A stretch of 64,000 bases of DNA from Eledone cirrhosa (taxonomy: Eukaryota), in NCBI GenBank assembly GCA_964016885.1, contig OZ024743.1:265360001-265424000 (forward strand). Reading direction: 5' to 3'. The translations under genes and the position numbers were made by a program. The notes under the pieces are model-generated. The model had not been told where the DNA came from. It did no database searches and saw only the letters and a program-made list of their open reading frames with translations. This document shows positions 56,534 through 64,000 of this stretch, piece by piece. Each line of letters starts with the position of its first letter. The first letter of the stretch is position 1.

Positions 56534-56733
56534 NNNNNNNNNNNNNNNNNNNNNNNNNNNNNNNNNNNNNNNNNNNNNNNNNNNNNNNNNNNNNNNNNNN
56601 NNNNNNNNNNNNNNNNNNNNNNNNNNNNNNNNNNNNNNNNNNNNNNNNNNNNNNNNNNNNNNNNNNNNNNNNNNNNNNNNNNNNNNNNNNNNNNNNNNNN
56701 NNNNNNNNNNNNNNNNNNNNNNNNNNNNNNNNN
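56534..56733. other. Assembly gap (200 N)
   Basis: Run of n. Confidence 1.
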
Positions 56734-56859
<126 letters not shown>

Positions 56860-56882
56860 ATATATATATATATTATATATAT

Positions 56883-56913
<31 letters not shown>

Positions 56914-57142
56914 ATATATATATATATTATATATATTATATATATATATATATATTATATATATAATATATATATATATTATATATATAATATATATATT
57001 ATATATATATATATATATTATATATATTATATATATATATATATATTATATATATAATATATATATATATTATATATATTATATATATATATATATATTA
57101 TATATATAATATATATATATATTATATATATAATATATATAT

Positions 57143-57277
<135 letters not shown>

Positions 57278-57353
57278 CATATGTATATATATATATACAA
57301 AATGGCGTAGGATAGAACAAAGGAGATGCACAGAAACAAAGAAAGCAATCCCC

Positions 57354-57398
57354 AGTCACTGAAGAGGTCACAGAGTGTGTGACGAAAGAACTATGACT
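57354..57398 (+). ncRNA. Minimal hammerhead ribozyme
   Basis: agtca-CTGAAGA-g-gtcaca/gagtg/tgtgac-GAAA-GAAC-TA-tgact, with perfect stems I and II. Confidence 0.85.
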
Positions 57399-57523
57399 AT
57401 ATATAAGCATCTATCTGGTTGTGGAACCAACCAACCAACCAGCAATTTATAAATATATAATAAATTAAAGTGAAACAACTGGTGCGTGTGTTTCTTATTT
57501 GCAACATGACCCTCCCAAAGTAT

Positions 57524-57584
<61 letters not shown>

Positions 57585-57602
57585 AATATGTATACACATA
57601 TA

Positions 57603-57659
<57 letters not shown>

Positions 57660-57746
57660 ATATATATATATATATATACATACATATATATATACATACA
57701 TATATATATATACATATATATATATACATATATATATATAATATAC

Positions 57747-57849
<103 letters not shown>

Positions 57850-57852
57850 CAT

Positions 57853-57900
<48 letters not shown>

Positions 57901-57901
57901 C

Positions 57902-58128
<227 letters not shown>

Positions 58129-58224
58129 TATAGATAGATATATATATATATACATATATATAGATATATATATATTTATATACATATATATAGATATATA
58201 TATATATATATACATATATATAGA

Positions 58225-58286
<62 letters not shown>

Positions 58287-58291
58287 TATAG

Positions 58292-58378
<87 letters not shown>

Positions 58379-58384
58379 TATAGA

Positions 58385-58440
<56 letters not shown>

Positions 58441-58456
58441 TATAGATATATATATC

Positions 58457-58539
<83 letters not shown>

Positions 58540-58586
58540 CATATATATAGATATATATAGATATATATATATATACATATATATAG

Positions 58587-58723
<137 letters not shown>

Positions 58724-58844
58724 TATATACATATATATAATATAATATAAAAAGAATCCAATTACATTTTCGGTTTGTTTTCCTTATACTTTCAGCCGTG
58801 TAGGACATCTCGTTTTTTATAAAAAATTAAAAAAAATCATTTTC

Positions 58845-59049
<205 letters not shown>

Positions 59050-59287
59050 ATATATTTAGAAACACACAGATACATGCGGACACACACAGATATACATGAA
59101 TTCATCCGCACCCAACTGTGAGTTAAGGGTGCCAACTTCACCAATGTTGCTCAATGAATGACTGGGACAGACCAATTCAGTTGAACTAGACTGAACCAGT
59201 ATCAGAGTTAAAAATACATTATGAAGAGAGAAGAAACATTTAGATATAATTAGTAATAAAATGTATCATACCTAAACTCTCTTCATA

Positions 59288-59562
<275 letters not shown>

Positions 59563-59578
59563 TATAGATATATATATC

Positions 59579-59668
<90 letters not shown>

Positions 59669-59714
59669 TATAGATATATATAGATATATATATATATACA
59701 TATATATAGATATA

Positions 59715-59834
<120 letters not shown>

Positions 59835-59850
59835 TATATACATATATATA

Positions 59851-59893
<43 letters not shown>

Positions 59894-60036
59894 GTATCAT
59901 ACCTAAACTCTCTTCATAATGTATATATATAATATAATATAAAAAGAATCCAATTACATTTTCGGTTTCTTTTCCTTATACTTTCACCCGTGTAGGACAT
60001 CACGTTCTTTATAAAAAATTAAAAAAAATCATTTTC

Positions 60037-60360
60037 ATGACACGCGTGTCTGTCCTGTTAGCTGGGTCATGTATCGGTGTCAAAAATTTTTAAAATATAT
60101 ATATATATTTTTTTTTCTTATATTTATTTGCGTGCGTGAATATGTAGAGGAGTGCATTCATGTATGTGTATATATGTACGTTTTGTATGTTTGTGTGAAT
60201 GTATGTATGTGTATATATATGTGTGTGTGTATGGCTATGTTTGTGTATGTGTATGCTTGTACACAGACATGTGTATGTGTGTGTATGTGTATGTGTGTAT
60301 ATGTATATATATGTATATATATATATATATATGTACATATATATATGCGTGTGGATATGC

Positions 60361-60392
<32 letters not shown>

Positions 60393-60840
60393 GTGTATGT
60401 GTATTAATGTTTGTATGTGTATATGTGTGTATATATGTGTTTGTGTATGTAAGTGTACGTTTTATATATATGTGTATATGTATATATGTATGCGTACATA
60501 TATATATATGTATATATGTATGTGTGTGTAAGTATGCTTTTGTGTTTTTTTGTGTGTGTGTTTGCATGCGTAGTTTTATTTTATTTTATTTTTCCTTTAC
60601 TTCTCCTTTCTCCAGCCTTACTTTCATATAGATTGCATTTTTGTTTGTAATCCAAATTCAATAAACAAACCAGGATTTTTCCGTTCTGAGGATTGAAAGC
60701 AAAACCTTTTGCTTTTAAGAAACCACTGGTAAATGGAATAATTGCCTTATGTTGTTTATTACATAATAATAATAATTAAGCTCTGTTGCCTACATAGAGC
60801 ACTCTTTTTTCCTGGACTTTTCCGATGGAATTACTTCATT

Positions 60841-60850
<10 letters not shown>
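60037..60850 (+). mobile_element. Second copy of the 7868-9580 family (interior + pLTR + tail)
   Basis: Reverse-complement homology to 7868-8610. HHR 60679-60738: ttccgtt-CTGAGGA...GAAAC-CACTG-GTA-aatggaa. Confidence 0.85.
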
Positions 60851-60893
<43 letters not shown>

Positions 60894-60894
60894 C

Positions 60895-61118
60895 TAAGAG
60901 ATGACAACATGAATGGACCTGTTATTTTTATCTAAAGACATTTTTTCCAATTCCAACTCGCCCGTCCCCTCAATCTATCTCATTTCTCATTCTTTCTTGT
61001 GATGAAGGACTAACGTCCGAAACGTTAAGACACTCTTCCTGCTATTTCAAGCGTTACCCTAATATATCCCTTCCATATAGTGTACCGATTGTGTTGTTAT
61101 TTTTGTTTACCTTTTACA
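60895..61118 (+). mobile_element. pLTR-like element with mutated HHR (40174 family)
   Basis: tctt-GTGATGA-aggactaacgtcc-GAAACGTTA-aga. It is an inverse homologue of 40174-40395. Confidence 0.75.
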
Positions 61119-62699
61119 TATGCATTGGACTTGGCAGAGTTTAATGAGAAAGGACAGCAATGTGTTCAGCTGTCAGCTTTGGCGGAACCACATCTAGCCA
61201 AGCTTTGTAGCCGACACTCCTGTGGCCACAATAAGAAGAAGTATGTTAATCTAACTTGTTAATGCTGTAGGATGCATTTCCGGTGTTTATTTCGGATCTG
61301 TGTGGAGGGATTTCAAATAATACAGCCCTGTAATCGAACAAGTGAGTATATGATTGGATTTTATTAAAACACAAATGACACCTCTTATGAAATGCAAGCT
61401 TATATGAACACTAACTAAATCTACGCTTAAAGGAGCCATAACAGCTTCAACACACTTTCTGCAAACAGTTTAGAGAACTTGCTAAGAGGAAGTGACTAAA
61501 TCCCTACATAGTTTCTCCTAACGTATCCCTTCTTTTATTTTTTTCATTGATAATTATTAGTTTATTACCTAGTTACAAAAGAGGGCATTGCCCATGCACC
61601 TTTTCAGAACACCCTAGACTAGTGAGATAGATTGACTGGTGAGATATATAGACGAATTTTTCACATTAACGATTTTTTTTTTTCAATCCCCGAGGTAATA
61701 ACAAACAAACACTTGATTTGTTTCGGTCGATCCCTTTATATAGAATTTTTTGGTACAGCGCATTATCTTATACCCCGTGAATTTCTTCCTAACCAAATTT
61801 CACTGCATAAAAATATTATCCACTGTCATGTTATATTCCAAGGTAAATTTACTGTATATTTTAGTCCATCGTCGTTTGTTTCTTTAACAGTTCAATGTAA
61901 AATGTTTCACTTCACAGAGTGTTATATTTTATTATTGAATTGTTGTCTTTCTTCCGAAGATTTCCTTTGGTTCTCTACATAACTGGAAGGTAATTACTTT
62001 GATACGTCTCACTTTTCAATCGACCGGTCGTGCAGGTGAACATCAAAGCAATTCGGTTCGATTCCCAAAGAAAAACCAGGTCAACGAATATATTCAATAA
62101 TCTTAGTGTTATATTAATGGAAACCTATTTCATGTGAACATTATTTTTTAAAATGATATCTTAAAATAGTTTACGCAGCGAGGAATTACACAAAACAATA
62201 TTTTATTCAATGAATGATATCTTAATTTTTGCTTCAAATTTCGAAAGTAAATCTTGACATATTTCGATCTTAACCATAACTGTATTTAACAAAACATATC
62301 CATAACTATACATTCTGTATAAAAAGCACAACATAAGAGTGCATGTATTTACACTAAGTAGGATGGGAAGTTAAAATTGTTTAGATAATAGATAGTCCAT
62401 AGAGGACATTTGGATGGAAATCAATAGTAAATTCAGTGTTGATATTTAATCCAGGATCAGAAAAGATCTAAATTGTAAATACATATATATATATATATAT
62501 ACACACACATTCGATTCGTTTGCAAGCAGTGAGATTACGCTTGGTTTATAGATGACCATCGCCATTCTGTTGTTCTAGTGGCGACGGGGAGCAATCGACA
62601 ATAATATTGTTTCTGGGTTATTGCCCTTTGTCAAGATTCTGTTTATTCTCTAGCAGCTCACTAGAACTCTGTTAGAGCGAAAAAATATATTCTAATTTT

Positions 62700-62758
<59 letters not shown>

Positions 62759-62760
62759 CA

Positions 62761-62813
<53 letters not shown>

Positions 62814-62843
62814 ATATATGTGTGTGTGTGTGTGTGTATGTGT

Positions 62844-62891
<48 letters not shown>

Positions 62892-63167
62892 GGTATATTT
62901 AAAGATTGTTTCCTTTCTTTAATCCGATAGGATGGACATTTTTTATAATCGTTACATTAAGTGGATTGATGGTTTGTCAAATATTATTGGTTTCGATTGG
63001 TATATCAATCTTATCAAATATTAAAACGTGGTTGTGTTCATATTCGGCGAGCAGTTAGAACATATGTGAAATTTCTACAAAAATGTCTTATATATATATG
63101 TTCTCTATGAAGGAGGTGTGGTGAAGGTGGAAGTCGGTTCATGAGGTTAGGATCAAATTGTATTCAG

Positions 63168-63220
<53 letters not shown>

Positions 63221-64000
63221 TATAATTGTGTGTATGTGTACTAAGAATAGGCCCGCTGCAGAAGGAATTGTGGTGATAGAAATTAGGCAGAAGAGGTTAA
63301 AACACAAGAAACACTCAATATACGATGCCAAAGGGTCATCCTGAACTATAAGGTGTAGAAATCTAATATGCTGCTGTTGAATCAATCGGTTATACGCCCA
63401 CTTCATTTCATGGTTAACAAGAAATCTATAGTATCGATATTAGTAAACATTTATGTACATATATTTATTCATATTGATTTATGTTATTCATTCTTACCAA
63501 GCGCGAATAAAAGTAAGTTAGGTTGTGCATGAATTGCTTGCCCCAGTTACTATAGAACATAGAGAACAATAACAAAAATATGAGGTTTTCAGTGTGTTAT
63601 TGGAACCGCACTCAACACGACTTCCATTTTGAAAAGATATATATTAAAAAAACGTTACACCGAATAATACAAAAAAGTATTCATCAATAAATACATAAGT
63701 ATAATGATTGATTGACTCAACATCCTATATATATATCATTCGGATATATTTAATCGATAAAGGAAAAACATTAAACATAAAAATGAGTACTTTAATAGAA
63801 TTCTCTTGGTGCAATTTGAACGCAAAAATATTTTATGGATCTACAACAAGATAGTACATATAAAGCATATATATATTTCAGTTCAGTTCTCAGTCCTGCA
63901 AGGATAGCAGATTATTGAATTTGTTTCGATATTGATGCAGGAACCCCCATCCTATGTATTCCAAACAATACCACAATCTATAATTCATTCTTGGCTGAAC

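Overview
AT-rich, microsatellite-saturated eukaryotic repeat DNA. It is probably a coleoid cephalopod such as Octopus, inferred only from the SINE/RTE repertoire and the (TA)n/(CA)n/(GA)n density. No host protein-coding gene is supportable, and almost all ORF-track entries are translations of simple repeats. Recognisable elements: a 5'-truncated Penelope-like element (PLE; RT thumb + GIY-YIG) with inverted pLTRs, a second PLE GIY-YIG remnant, two mariner derivatives, two tandem R4/Dong-like REL LINEs in (TAA)n, an RTE LINE with a twin-priming-like 5' inversion, other RTE fragments, many SINE copies, a hAT MITE and a 200-N gap. The dominant signal is a dense set of short, mostly non-coding, often fold-back elements in (TA)n tracts from about 10 unrelated families. 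Many carry a type I minimal hammerhead ribozyme motif, often with a family-specific palindromic stem-III loop and sometimes a U3-A8 core variant, plus a one-sided tail with a shared ATTGAGTRC-like motif. All motifs and alignments were read by eye, so coordinates may be off by a few nt and no activity has been tested.
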